DNA of 64,000 bases from contig NMRA01000711.1 in assembly GCA_002633005.1 (NCBI GenBank), positions 20,821-84,820 on the forward strand, in the 5' to 3' direction. Shown here piece by piece: positions 1 through 13,712 of the stretch (within the stretch, counting starts at the first letter, position 1; each line of letters begins with the position of its first letter). The translations under genes and the position numbers were made by a program. Source of the DNA: Phoronis australis (lineage: Eukaryota > Animalia > Phoronida). Below the pieces are notes generated by a model. It had not been told where the DNA came from and made no database searches. It was given only the letters and a program-made list of their open reading frames with translations.

Positions 1-69
1 TATTTTGGCCAAGACAGGAAACTTGTCTCATCTTAAAGAATCGATGATCGTAAAACTGGAGTTACTTAC

Positions 70-91
70 TTTGGACGACAATTTCAGTCAT
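70..91 (-). CDS. Possible first coding exon (MTEIVVQ..) of a gene continuing left of the window
   Basis: Minus strand reads AAA-ATG ACT GAA ATT GTC GTC CAA A|GTAAGT, with a consensus donor. There is no further support. Confidence 0.2.
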
Positions 92-3000
92 TTTCAGATT
101 GCGGGTACACGAAAGTTTGAACTATCTCTTCTCCAAATGAACACACGATAGATGATATACAAAACGAGCTACAGTCGCCCCATGTGTCGGATTGTGCGCT
201 AGCGTGCGTCTTTGCAAGGAACACAAGCACATACATGACTGCAAACATTCATGCATACGCACGTACATACCCGCGTCTACTTTTTTAAAGAACTTTTTGA
301 AAAATAACAGTGAAATAGGACAAACACAAACAGGGTTGAACGTTACGAAATGTTTGTATTGTAGTGATTTTCGCCCAAAGAAACTCATCACGTGATCTGA
401 ATTTGTGATTGTTAAGGAAACAGAATGTTTAATGATTATCATGCTACAAATTGAGTAGAGCAAGACTATTTATATAGATCTTGACATCAAGTTTACCGCT
501 GAGTCAACATCACATAAACTGTTGAAGACGATTTCACCCAAAGTAGTAATCGAACAAGTATATAAAGTAATGCTTATATGCATGTTTTGACATTTAAACT
601 CGATTTTTATCGATTGTGTGGTGTTTACATGATGTACCATCAGTTGAAATAGCTAAGGTATAGGTTTCTACTTCCCGTTTATGACGTTTCACAGAGCGAT
701 TAAGACAAAACCGCGAAGAACACATATTGTATATGTATTTAGCGTTCTTGAAATGAACAATTTAGTATGCATATGCTATATTCTAGGTTTGTAGAAGTAA
801 ATTGATTGCGCACATGAATGATTGGGTCCAGGAAAATGTAACTTTATAAGTATATTCCTTGTTGTGAAAAACGAACTTTATAGATGTGCTGTGAAGCTTT
901 GTAGATCAGTAGTTCTAGTTTTGTAATAAAGCCTTAACTCACTGTGATGAGCGCTTTTTGTTGATTCTTGGAAACGTCTTGCAATGACGCACACCACACA
1001 AAATGAGCGAGAGAACTGGATAATATGCACCACCGTATGCAGCACCGCAGACGGAAAGCATTTTAATTTTTGACAGATGGTACGTATTAGCCACATCAGA
1101 ATTGCCCATGTTGTGTTATTAACACTTGCACATAGTGCATTTTGCATTTTGGCAGGCAATGTGTGTTTGTTTGCCACGTCTGGATTGCCCTTGTGGTGTT
1201 GTTTGCGCTAGTTGATTTATTGGTGTTAGGGTGGCCTTTTTGTATGAGACTTTGTATAAAACACACTTTTAACTTTTGCTTGGTATTGTTGTCGCATTGT
1301 GTATACATTGTAAGAGATACGTTTTACATCATAAGCGTCATGTTTTGAGAGTTCCTAAGACTGTCCGTAACATCAATAGAATTTTGAGCTAAGCTTTTCA
1401 AGTGCATATATCACTTAGGTATTCTTAACATTAGGTTGTGATTTGTTTATTAATGTATAGCAGTCCTAGCTAATATACTGGGTATCTTGTAATTTAGAAC
1501 TTGTACACATTTCTGTATGTCCTTGAAATTCATTTATTGAAATAAAGCAGGTTGCATTTTACTTCCTTGTTGTTTTTGATGTTGGTCCATTTGTTTATGC
1601 CTTTGTTTTTTTCAATTTTTCAAAAATATTGCTTCCGGTTATTAAAGGGTTACTGTATTGCAGTACTGAATTTTACATGCTTTGTTTCATGACAGTTTTA
1701 TCTTAAAAACCGAGAAATAAAGTTTGGTGTGAGGACTCTCTTACCATTTTTATGAGAAATTTGACAAAAAAAAACATTACACTTCTGTTCTAGGTTAGTT
1801 TTAAGTATCTTTATCAATATCGTTTTTGTGATAATGTAAGAAACTTTCTGATGACTTTCATTAAATCTCAAAAATGCCACAAAGTGAATGGCTATGGGAT
1901 TTGTTCAGTCCTGATTCATAAAAGTAGTCCCCTGACTGTGACACAATAGCAGACCTGAAAGTGGCTTAATTGCGTTTACATTACTAACTCACAAAAAGGA
2001 GGTTTATGAAAAGGCAGCCTGGGCTTACTGGTGGCTTTTTCATGCTTCATTGCATTCAATCCGCTAGGGAAGGTTTCGTCACATACGAATTGAGCTGTTT
2101 GCCTCAAGTGTCACGACTTCAGTCGAAAGATTACTTGAAAATACAAGTTGCATGAGCCTACTGTTCGTTCTTTCTATTGTTCTGGTGTTCACGTGCTTGT
2201 AAGCTCAGCTGGTAACTCTCCCTCTTCACGGGCCCTAGGACAACTATTACGTGGGCTTAATAATGAGCGCGGTATGGTCAGTAGCGGATTAACCAAAAAA
2301 GCCTGAATACCAAAGGTAGATTTAGTCAAGACATAGCTTTAGGACGGTGTAAAAACTCATGTCACATAAACAGTTTCATGCCGAAAGTCACGCATTTCTA
2401 AAGATATGCGTGAATTTTCAACACTCGTCCTTCGGAGCGGCTTTTACCGGGATCAAAGAGAACGCGACGCCAGAGTCGCACTCAGTTGCGACGACCGCAT
2501 TGTCCAGTACAAGCAAGACCCAATTAGATGTAATTACCCGACTATAAACTGTAGTAGGTGTAAACAACTCTGCCTGTACACACTGGAGAATTTTCAAAAT
2601 GTATAAATCAACAGTTTTCGTTAGAAACAAATACCACAGCTGTATTCAGATGTTAAAAACAACCAAGTTTGGTTTTCAATTTTTAAAATAGATGAAATAT
2701 TAAGCTAAATACTACGAACACGGGGTTCGATTGAAGATAAACGACTGTGCGTATTGATATACTCGGTGATTATAAACGCTGATCAGAGCTAACAATATCA
2801 CGAGGATCATTCTTTTAATATACAACTAAGCTCCAGTGAAACATCTATAAACAACACACTTTGACTAAATCAGATGTCGATAATTTTTAAAACATCGCTT
2901 ATGGCCCAGTGCACGCCGAGCTACTTTACTCCTGGAGTAGTACATTAACCGAAAAACTGCTATTCGCGGAAATGCACCAATTTCGACAGTTAGCTTGTAG

Positions 3001-3736
3001 TTGTAATGGAACACCTGCGAAGACAACTAAGATATCTAGCTTTGTAGTCAACGAGAGAGTGCAAGCAGTGGATGAGGTTGGTCGGTGGGCAAGAGCTGTG
3101 ATTTCATTTTTATGACTGAGGAAAAACTAGAATAATTACGTAGTTTCTGCAACCAAAATTGTCCAGAGGTTCCAAATCTTCAGTTTGCCTGTCACGCACT
3201 TTTGAATGTATTTAATGATTTGAGTAGTAATAAAGACTGAACTTGAACTAATGACACGTGGAGTTTTGTTTGTTGTGACATGTTTGGTGTAACTGTAATC
3301 TGGAAAACTCAGGGATGGGTTCACAATTAACTGACTTCTAAGTTATTTTGTTGCTTCGTTTAAACACAAAATAAAAAGATAGCAACCCTAACCGGTAAGA
3401 AAAAAGCAGGTATGAAATATATTTAAAACTAACGTTCATTTGGGAAGTGGCCCTTTGTCAAGATCAACGCAAATTAACTTTTCAGTTTTTTTGTGATATT
3501 TAAAATGTACCAAGTTAAAACTGCTCTACATATTGCAAATGCCAGAGAAAAACAATATGGGTGTAATTACGTGTATGTGTAATGGGTGTATTGTTAAGAA
3601 AGTAGTGCTAGCTATTACCTTTTCACTTCATTAGCTCAGATCTACATCAATACAAAGGGCGTGCTGAATAGGGATCATAAAAGTTGTCTGAGGCTTAGTA
3701 GGGAATCAGAGCGGTGACCAGTGTAATCGAGAAATT

Positions 3737-4990
3737 CTCCGCATGTACAGGTGACTAAGACAATGTTGGCCGTTATCCCAATAATCTTTAACTTTCGGAT
3801 AGAAGAGTATATCAGTAGCTGTTGGAGATCAGGCTACAAGCTTGTCTAGCTTGTTGCATGTTCTGCCTGTGTCTATGGTGCGCGCTTCAATATTAGCCAG
3901 ATATGCAGCCAGCGCCAACAGTTGCGTCCCAAAGTACGATGACCTTTCTCATGAACAGTAAAACAGCTAAATTTTGCACAGAAAGTGTACTCAGCCTTTT
4001 CAAAAAGGCCATGGTGCTCGGAAATTAGGTCATCCATCTTTTCAGAGAGATGGCACAATGAAGCGCAGCCCTTTTAAAAGGAAAAAGATTAAAAATAGCG
4101 TTTCGTTAGATTTCCTTTCTCATGACTTTAAAACGCAAAAAAGGGATTTTAAACACTGCAAATATTGATTTATTGAATTAAATTTGAATACAAACATGGG
4201 ACAGCCTTTTTTGGTGATTCAAAAACTAAACATGATATGCATTTGACAAGGAATTCAGAAATGCTATTGGTTTATGTTCAAATTTGTTATAACTTAACTT
4301 TCATTTTTAGCAGTACCTGCCCAATCAGGCTAGCTACGATCTGATCGGAGATTAGATCAATTATCGAACAAAAGAGAGCCGGCTCTCCAAACATAAATGC
4401 CAGGATGGAGTTAATGAGTCGTGTAAGATATTGGCTACAGGGGTGAACTTCTCAACTTGTTGTTGGGCTCTAGAATCGAACAAGTTGGGAGCAACAGGAA
4501 AACGCCGTAATGCANCTCCACATGTACAGTTGACTAAGACAATATTGGCCGTTATCCCAATAATCTTTAACTTTCGGATAGAAGAGTATATCAGTAGCTG
4601 TTGGAGATCAGGCTACAAGCTTGTCTAGCTTGTTGCATGTTCTGCCTGTGTCTATGGTGCGCGCTTCAATATTCGCCAGATATGCAGCCAGCGCCAACAG
4701 TTGCGTCCCAAAGTACGATGACCTTTCTCATGAACAGTAAAACAGCTAAATTTTGCACAGGGAGTGTACTCAGCCTCTTCAAAAAGGCCATGGTGCTCGG
4801 AAATTAGGTCATCCATCTTTTCAGAGAGATGGCACAATGAAGCGCAGCCCTTTTAAAAAGGAACACTATTAAAAAGAGCGTTTCGTTAGTTTTCCTTTCT
4901 CATGACTTTAAAACGCAAAAAAGGGATTTTAAACACTGCAAATATTGATTTATTGAATTAAATTTGAATGCAAGCATGGGACAGCCTTTT
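3737..4990. repeat. Near-identical duplication (3737-4209 vs 4517-4989) joined at a single N; probable uncollapsed haplotypes
   Basis: Two ~470-bp copies with scattered SNPs; the second begins right after n4516. In addition, 4210-4515 matches 7015-7319. Confidence 0.8.
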
Positions 4991-5490
4991 CATTAGCATT
5001 TTAGATATCTGAATAATGAAATTTTCTCTGACAGCTCTATTGTACAGACGTACTCTTGCTGAGTTCCAACCCATAAAAATGAACTCAGGCATTTTTCGGG
5101 CGAGAATCTAGCCTGTGATGAAACATTCGGTCATCTTGCTATAATGCTCATCGAGTCCGATGTCCTGTACAAATTCATGAACTTTAGTTAAAAGGATCAG
5201 GCAAATTTTTGTAAATGTGCAGAGGTTTTTGAGCGAATAACGTATACTGGTTAATGGAGTTGGGGACTTCCTCATTTACAGTAACTTTCAAGTGTAGTGT
5301 CACGTGACACATAAAGACTGAGTGTGCAGTGGACCTTGTACTTGTAACGGGGGTCTCAAATTCGGCCTATGTAAAAATCAATCCGGCATTCCATAGGTGT
5401 GAAGGGCGAGTACCCTTTCGCCTATTTAGACGAACCGCTAAAATCCTTGGAGTGACTTCACAGTCCCGAGTTTCGTGTCTACTAACAGCA

Positions 5491-5643
5491 GGCGTGCGTT
5501 CAGTAGACGCTAGGACCTACGCTAGGACCTAGCTAAAACCTAGTCAAAGTCACGTGTTCTCATTTAAAATGCACGGCAATATCTCACGTAATATCGCGAA
5601 GTCTCGCTTTTTAGCGAGGTTCTAGCGTTACTGAACGGGAGGC
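5491..5643. mobile_element. MITE-like element with terminal inverted repeats
   Basis: Left end GCGTGCGTTCAGTAGACGCTAGGACCT..GCTAAAA matches the reverse complement of the right end, GCCTCCCGTTCAGTAACGCTAGAACCTCGCTAAAA. Confidence 0.55.
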
Positions 5644-8221
5644 AGGTATAACGAGCGCTCAGCGGAGACGGAACTACGAGCTCAGTTGGCTGCCTAAAAT
5701 GAAAGTCGTAATTTGATTATCAGTCAGATGCAAACAAACTCATGATGAACGTTTCGCTTTGCATCTCAATCATCATCAAGACATAAAAAATACGTCATGT
5801 CATGAACTGTTAAAATAATGAACGAATACAATAACAGGTAATATACAAATGAAGAGATGAGCACAGCTGCAGTGTACACTTCTACCTGCACGGGTTAAAG
5901 AGAGGGCAGTAAGAGCCACTTTGTTGTCAGGGGATGCAATAACTAATGTTCATGGGACACTTCAGGTAACTGTACACTTAATTCTTCTCGCCGGCTTTTA
6001 CAGTTACCCACCAACTAGACTGTCCTATGTGTTGGCGATCCCCATATTTGGTATTTTGCGAACGATAGTTATTGTCGTGGAGCTGGAGATAGCTTTTGAG
6101 TGAAAATATATTGAAAACTAGAATGTCCAACACGTTCAGGATTAGCAACTAATAATTTCTGTACATTTTTAAGTTCTTTGATACTTCACTCTTGCAATTA
6201 AGTTACATTCGACCCATTACTAGAACAATTTGCTTGGTCACGTGTTAAAATCATTTTCTTACGATCAAGGTCATAGCCTTTTTGACCAGGTGACCTATAA
6301 TTTGAATATTTAGGACAAACACTGAGAGGGGTGTACTTATTTCACCCAATCTATTCTTCATATTTACTGTTCCGTGCCTATTAATTGTTTATCAAAAAGT
6401 AAATCTGTTCATCAGTTCCATCATAAGGTTATCGGTTGCATGCCCACGGCATCCACGAGCGATGTGTTGCCTACTGGCCGACATAATAGGATTTACGTTC
6501 GCAAAGTAAAGAAATCCAATGCGTGAATGAAACTTTCGCCTCACCGCCTCGAGAGGTAAATTACTCACTTGTCATTTTGCCGAAGACGTGGGCTATCCGC
6601 TTAGTGAGGTCGCCTGCATTCAAGGCTCGTAAATTTCCGTGTACGCTAACTATTACGTAATTACTGTCGTCAGCCAATGACAATAACTGCATCAAGACAA
6701 CAACGAAACTCCCTGTAGCTCATTGTAACCGTGTGCACTACATTTATGGTGATTATTAGGAATTTACTTCACAGATCATACGAGCATTTCGTGTGTGCAA
6801 GCAACGGCCACTCAAATTAGGCCATGACGGCGTTCTGTCGTTCAGCAACTTTTCCAGACGCGAGAGGTTCTGAACGTGCGATAACATCTGGTTCCTTTGT
6901 TAACTGCCCAGCACTGCATATAACTGTCCCGTATGACAATTATCTCCCAGGCTTCAAAGGCCTAGTGAAACCTTGCAGAATGGATTGTCTTAACTTCTGT
7001 TGAAGTTGGGCGATTTTGGCGATTCAAAAACTAAACATGATATGCATTTGACAAGGAATTCAGAAATGCTATTGGTTTATGTTCAAATTTGTTATAACTT
7101 AACTTTCATTTTTAGCAGTACCTGCCCAATCAGGCTAGCTACGATCTGATCGGAGATTAGATCAATTATCGAACAAAAGAGAGCCGGCTCTCCAAACATA
7201 AATGCCAGGATGGAGTTAATGAGTCGTGTAAGATATTGGCTACAGGGGTGAACTTCTCAACTTGTTGTTGGGCTATAGAATCGAACAAGTTGGGAGCAAC
7301 AGGAAAACGCCGTAATGCAATTCAACTTTAGTTATCCATTTAAGGTGGCGCTTTGTTCTTGCGAGAAGAAAGAAACCCATCCAACCAGTGACACTTTCGC
7401 CTTTCTAGACAAAATCCTCTGAGTAACCGCTTATAATTGGCTTAGACCTGATTTGTTACGCAGCAAAGTAACAAAGTAAAATTTTAATTGAACCACGGAA
7501 GCAAAACACCAGTCGTTGACTGAACTCTTCAGTAAGTATCTTAATTCCTGAATAGGCTAAACCAATGCATCGTTGTAAAGAACTGGCGGACGAGAAAGAG
7601 AGTCCATCAAACCACAGCGTCGTTTACTGGCAAAGCTGGCGTGCCAGAGCTCCACGACCGAACAACTACCTTTGGCTAGTAGCTGCTGCCTTCTGGAAAA
7701 CACTCAACCCGTAGATCACTCAGGTTGAATAACACAACAATACAACTACAGCTCTGTCTATTGGTGAAAGCTTAACTAAAGACTACACGATAGATCTATA
7801 AGTAACTTGCGCTTGCATTTGAGCCGCATAGATCTCCGTCTGTGGTGGCCGCGAAACTTCGTATTCGTCGATTGACGGGATGAATTGGNNNNNNNNNNNN
7901 NNNNNNNNNNNNNNNNNNNNNNNNNNNNNNNNNNNNNNNNNNNNNNNNNNNNNNNNNNNNNNNNNNNNNNNNNNNNNNNNNNNNNNNNNNNNNNNNNNNN
8001 NNNNNNNNNNNNNNNNNNNNNNNNNNNNNNNNNNNNNNNNNNNNNNNNNNNNNNNNNNNNNNNNNNNNNNNNNNNNNNNNNNNNNNNNNNNNNNNNNNNN
8101 NNNNNNNNNNNNNNNNNNNNNNNNNNNNNNNNNNNNNNNNNNNNNNNNNNNNNNNNNNNNNNNNNNNNNNNNNNNNNNNNNNNNNNNNNNNNNNNNNNNN
8201 NNNNNNNNNNNNNNNNNNNNA

Positions 8222-8577
8222 TGTTATATTATGGGCTGAAATCAGCAAGATAATCAGATGCGCTAAAGTAGTTGAAGCATAAAGACTTGCTACAGTGTAC
8301 AGAAGCAGTTGTACGACAGAGCCATCTCGTGGAAGATTCTAGAAAGGATCTTGGCAAGGGCAAGGGTTAACGAACCGGAAGTTAACTAAGAGCTTGTCAC
8401 TTGCATAGTGGGTAGTAAGATACTACCTGAAGTGTTGCGTCATCAGCCAGAGACTGTGACCAGCAAGAAGATTCGCGGGTAGAAGAAATTGCCTGCAAGT
8501 GTTGCATCACCAGAGACGGTGACCAGCAAGTACACTGTCGCTATACAGTGTGTGTGTAGTTCGAAGATTCACCAACA
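8222..8577. mobile_element. Probable retrotransposon LTR (solo, or with its partner hidden in the adjacent gap)
   Basis: Starts TGTTAT and ends CCAACA (TG..CA, TGTT/AACA inverted ends). ~356 bp with internal short direct repeats (CCAGAGAC.GTGACCAGCAAG). It abuts an N gap. Confidence 0.35.
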
Positions 8578-9028
8578 GGACAGACATCCAACAAGTGGAG
8601 AGTCCTAGCTTGGATAGCAGATAAGACATTTGATCGTTTGGTTGTAATCTTTAAAGAGGGCGCTAGCGTAGTTTCTCTTTGTAGTTGATTACTTAATTAA
8701 CAATAGGTTTCATGTGTCTAATTAGGGGTTATCATATAATAAATTAATTACTGGATTTGATTATTCACTCTCCATCTACGCACAACTTCAAAGCATAGCT
8801 ACCTTTTAAACAAACCCACACAGACTATCGTCTGACACTTGTCTCAAAACCAATTCAAGAAAGAGATCTGAAGTTTGATTTAGGTGTGACCTAAGTTTTG
8901 TCTTAATTTTGAAAAACTTGCCGAATGTGTAAGTTTGGAATTTAAGAAAAATCTTAAACTTCAGTCAAAAATGAACTTAAGTCAATTTCTTGCAACAGGC
9001 CCCAGAATCTTTTTATTGAACTAAAGGG

Positions 9029-9058
9029 TTACGTCACAAAATGTTAATCCTGACGTCA
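9029..9058 (+). promoter_or_regulatory. Two CRE/ATF-like sites just upstream of the membrane-protein ATG
   Basis: TTACGTCA at 9029-9036 and the palindromic TGACGTCA at 9051-9058, 67-96 bp before ATG 9125. Confidence 0.4.
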
Positions 9059-9124
9059 CATTGAATGGCATTGCTTCTACGTGCATAGCAATTTTCGCTT
9101 CGAACGCAGAAACAAATTTTATCA

Positions 9125-12100
9125 ATGACCACTAAATGTACAAAGCCAGAGAATTGGTTTTTGTTAGTTGTTTGCGTATTGTATCTCACGTTAGCAAACG
9201 ACATCGTAGATACTCGGCCGCTCGATAACAACGCAAAACCTCGGACACTTGAGAAGGAATATGAGAGGAGCATAAACGCCGAGGAGGTATCAAAAGAGGT
9301 GAAAAAACTAGTTTTACATTCGGATCAACATGGAGGTGGTAAGGACCAATTTGAGGAAAACTTAGAAGACAGTGGTCTGCTTAACGATTTTCTGAACACA
9401 GAGTATTACGTTGGTAAGCCCGTTTCTTATAGCGATGACGACTTTTACTTCGCCGACTACGGTGTTTACGACAAAAAATCACTCGCGAATCAAGGTTTTG
9501 AAGATCCACTTCAGTCGAGTAACGAACTGACAACCGCCAGATTTTTGGAACCCACAAATGATAACGCAGAAGAACAACACGGCCAAAAATCGGATGAATT
9601 TCTGTATTCGACGCGGCAGATGGATAAAGAGTTTCCGCTAGACTACAGAGAGGAAAGTGCGCGTGAGCCATTTGATAATTTTGATAACAAACCGTTTCAA
9701 AGTAATGTCGCAGAAGGCAGCGACACAAGCAGTGTCATAGCAGGCCAAACCCGCGGAGATTCCAACAGAAATCCTGCTCTATTAAGTTCCCACTCGCCGG
9801 CCGGAGACGTTGTGGATGTGCCAATTGTTGGATTAAAAAAACTCAACGAAGGCATAGGAGAGATGTATGTTGATCCCCCGGATACAGAAAACATTATCAT
9901 AGGTGAAGATGACAACACGGGTGATTATTTATCTAGAATTGACGACCTTCAATATGAAATACTAAACAATGAGCCGAAGAGTGTTCAAGGACTTAGACAT
10001 TCTAACAATGCTTTTGGAAGCCGCCAAACCATAAGTGACACAGGCGAGACAATAGCAAAATCGACAAAGACGAAGCCGTCTTTCTCAGTTGTCAACGGTG
10101 GAATTTTCGTTGATAGACCTAAAGAGCGTCACACTCAAGTCGCACTCCCTACTTCAGAAGCAGAATCGGAATTGCACAAACTGACCCAGGCCTTGAAACA
10201 CTTCGAGGTGAAGGAATTGACGGATAAAAATGCTGCACCGGAAGAGACTTCGGACAGGGTGAACGTCGTCGATAATGTGGACCAAGGTAATAACGATTTG
10301 GAAACAAAGTCTTTAAGTGTTATACAGTATATGATGGACTTAATTAAGCTACCAATTCAAATGCTGAATGTCGCCGCAAGGCTAACAGGAACTGACGTCA
10401 TAGACCTGGTGAACGAAAATAATCACGCACGGAAGGTGATTCTCATACCGCGAATGCTCAAGTCTTTAGAAGCGCCCAAGCAATCTCGTCTGGTGGACAC
10501 GGACGATAAGGAATTACGCAAGTTACAGGGTCAGTCCAGCCAACCTGCGTGGGTACGTGTGCTCCAACGCGGTTCACGAAAACAAGGCTCCGATGACGTA
10601 AGTGAGCCCGTTGGACAGAATTCTGATCCTCACTCAATTCAACCGATTGATGGAAGTCAGCATACGACATTATTGTATACAACAGTCAAAACGTTGTCCA
10701 ACCAAGCTAGCGAAACATCTAAAGACATTAACACAAGCAGGCAAAACAACTACTACCTAACTGGAGTTGCAAGTAGAGAGCCACCTATTGAGAATACCAC
10801 ACCAACGGATGCGCAAATGCGCAAAGTAGAAACCAAAGACGATCCTGGTGCAGATGAAACTCTTCACATCGAAAAAGACGAGTCTGATCGGTTGTTTTAC
10901 CAGATGAATAATGGTCCAAACAATCAGAGGAAACTCATTCACGTTACGAAATTAACAAGATCACGAAAACTTCGAGACGTGAATATAAATATAAAGATGG
11001 CGACTGGCAAATCTTTCACCAATTCAAATATTAATGGTGATGACAAACCTTCAACGACGCCTTCGGCGGCAATTATACAAAACAGTTATACTTCTGAACG
11101 TCCGTTCTCACACAGAGAATATGACATCCAGTGGACGCCTGGCAGTCCAGGGACAGTTAGTCGAAAACCTAAGTACACTTTAAAAGCGAGGTATCGACGA
11201 GATTTGCATATTTCACAGCGATCGTCCAAGTCTCAAGATAGGCCTGTAGGAGACGAGGTCCACCTGAAGGAGTGGAAAGAAACTCACGAAGACGAGGTCA
11301 ACACGAGGATCGTAGGAACAAGAGCGGAACTGGCCGAGTGGCGCCACAGAGAGATGACGATGTCAATGATTGGCATCCTTCTGATGGTGGTCATTCTTGC
11401 CATCATGATGGCCATGCAAAGGTTGTGCTGCACGTGCGTGCGCACAGATACCGGATACAGGTGTCGCTTCTTTGTCTGCTGCGAGGACATCATGGAAGGA
11501 ATTCTTTATGATGGGTTTTTTGAGTGAGTTTCGCGTTTACTTTAACGGAAGTTGAATACGTTCGAACTCGTTGTTGTCAAATTTAGAGCGGAAAAGGGTA
11601 CAAATCTGAAATCTCGTTATCTTTTTGCTTGACGTATTTCATCTCATTAACTTCAACTTGATTACCAGAAATCGAACAAATCTCTGACTATCTAGGGCTC
11701 TCAAATAAACACACGCGATATCTCGATATCCCGCCTAACTATTACAGACCTTATGTCGAAAAACTAATGCTCGAATATGAAAATATTTGTACTAAGTCTC
11801 AACAAATTATTGTGAACTTGTGATAGTGATTGCAGTGTTGCTTCATGTTCCAGTACGGTTAGAAACATAGTATGCTGTCGAGTGGGACTGGAACAAGATG
11901 TGGAAGATGAAGAATTTATGATCGCGCATAAGCACCAACCGAAAGCTGCCAAGGCAGACCCAAAATACTACACACCGCCCACAGGACAAGTAAAACCCGC
12001 CGTGATCGTAGACAAGGATCGCGGAAGGAAGGCAAAGACCACAACAGTCACCAAAAAAGAATCAGCGTCGTCGAAAACGTCGGCATCGAAGAGTAAGAAG

Positions 12101-12277
12101 GCGTCGAAGTCGAAAGGCGAGCACAAGCAGCAACATCACAAGTCTGGACACAATATTTCGTCACAGTCACGTGAAGACTCACCATCGCCCTCTTTTGAAG
12201 ACCTCATAAAGAGGCAGCGAGTCGAAGCGATCGGCGGATACTCTTCTTCAAATGACGAAGGTTTTGATGAGAGCTAA
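9125..12277 (+). CDS. Uncharacterised acidic type I membrane protein, ~940 aa; join(9125..11523,11854..12277)
   Basis: 800-codon ORF with an N-terminal hydrophobic signal (WFLLVVCVLYLTLA) and a TM helix (MSMIGILLMVVILAIMMAM) followed by a Cys cluster. The GA|GTGAGT donor at 11524 and CAG| acceptor at 11853 join in frame (..GFFD-TVRNIVCCRVGLEQD..) to the 11882-12277 ORF. Confidence 0.85.
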
Positions 12278-12525
12278 ACTGGACATCATTGTAAAGTTTA
12301 TATTCAAAATAGAAGAATCAATCGCCATTTAGCGTTCAGCGAGACATTAACATTGCATCGACATTTGCACTTACAAGACCTTTAATTAACGTTCAACTAG
12401 CACTGATTAGAAATTTATTCAACTCCAGGCTTTTTTGAACTGTAATGTACAGTGCTACGAATAAGATATAGGCCTATGTACGGAGTATTCAGGCCATTTG
12501 TCATCCTAACTAATGAACAGTATTC

Positions 12526-13712
12526 AACTCTAAACTTGTTCACAATGGCGGTGATCCCTGAATGACACACGGACTTTGCGTCCGCCAGGCGAAGTATCTC
12601 ACTAGAACACACTTTTATTTCAATGCGAATCCTTCACAGCAACGATTAAACAGATGCACAAAGAGCAAAAATCAAAAACATATCATCTCGCAAAGCAAGT
12701 GAGGCACCACTCAGTGAACGAGGAACGCGTGAGACCGACCGCGGTCTTCGCTCTTTGAGGTTAACGCGGGTTTGCCCCTGGCCCAACCTTTAGCGAATAC
12801 TTACGTCTTGACACAATAAGAAAACAACAGTTCGAAAAGTTGACTTACTTAAGTATTCACACTGATAACGCTTTCACACCAATTCCTTCAGTAGTGAAAT
12901 AATAGATGCACATAGTACAATGCCATCGAAGTTATTTAAAAATAACCACATCTTCGTCGGAGTGAATTTGCATTTCTGATCACTTGCACGCGACATAAGG
13001 CGAATTCATGAATAAAATGGCGACCAAGATTTGACCCACTGTTAAAAACGTTAACAAGTGGTCAAAACCGCAGGCCCCCCGCTGAAAAGGTCCAGCTCAG
13101 ACTATCTGTTAGATAGGANAACTCTAAACTTGTTCACAACGGCGGTGATCCCAAATGACACACGGACTTTGCGTCCGTCAGGCGAAGTATCTCACTAGAA
13201 CACACTTTTATTTCAATGCGAATCCTTCACAGCAACGATTAAACAGATGCACAAAGAGCAAAAATCAAAAACATATCATCTCGCAAAGCAAGTGAGGCAC
13301 CACTCAGTGAACGAGGACCGCGTGAGACCGACCGCGGTCTTCGCTCTTTGAGGTTAACGCGGGTTTGCCCCTGGCCCAACCGTTAGCGAATACTTACGTC
13401 TTGACACCAATAAGAAAACAACAGTTCGAAAAGTTGACTTACTTAAGTATTCACACTGATAACGCTTTCACACCAATTCCTTCAGTAGTGAAATAATAGA
13501 TGCACATAGTACAATGCCATCGAAGTTATTTAAAAATAACCACATCTTCGTCGGAGTGAATTTGCATTTCTGATCACTTGCACGCGACATAAGGCGAATT
13601 CATGAATAAAATGGCGACCAAGATTTGACCCACTGTTAAAAACGTTAACAAGTGGTCAAAACCGCAGGCCCCCCGCTGAAAAGGTCCAGCTCAGACTATC
13701 TGTTAGATAGGA
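12526..13712. repeat. ~590-bp tandem duplication joined at a single N; probable assembly/haplotype artefact
   Basis: 12526-13118 and 13120-13712 are nearly identical, with n at 13119. Confidence 0.85.

Noticed and set aside
2359-2630. Overlapping 60-70-aa ORFs in a CpG-richer patch
   Set aside because: There is no recognisable domain or splice-consistent partner exon.
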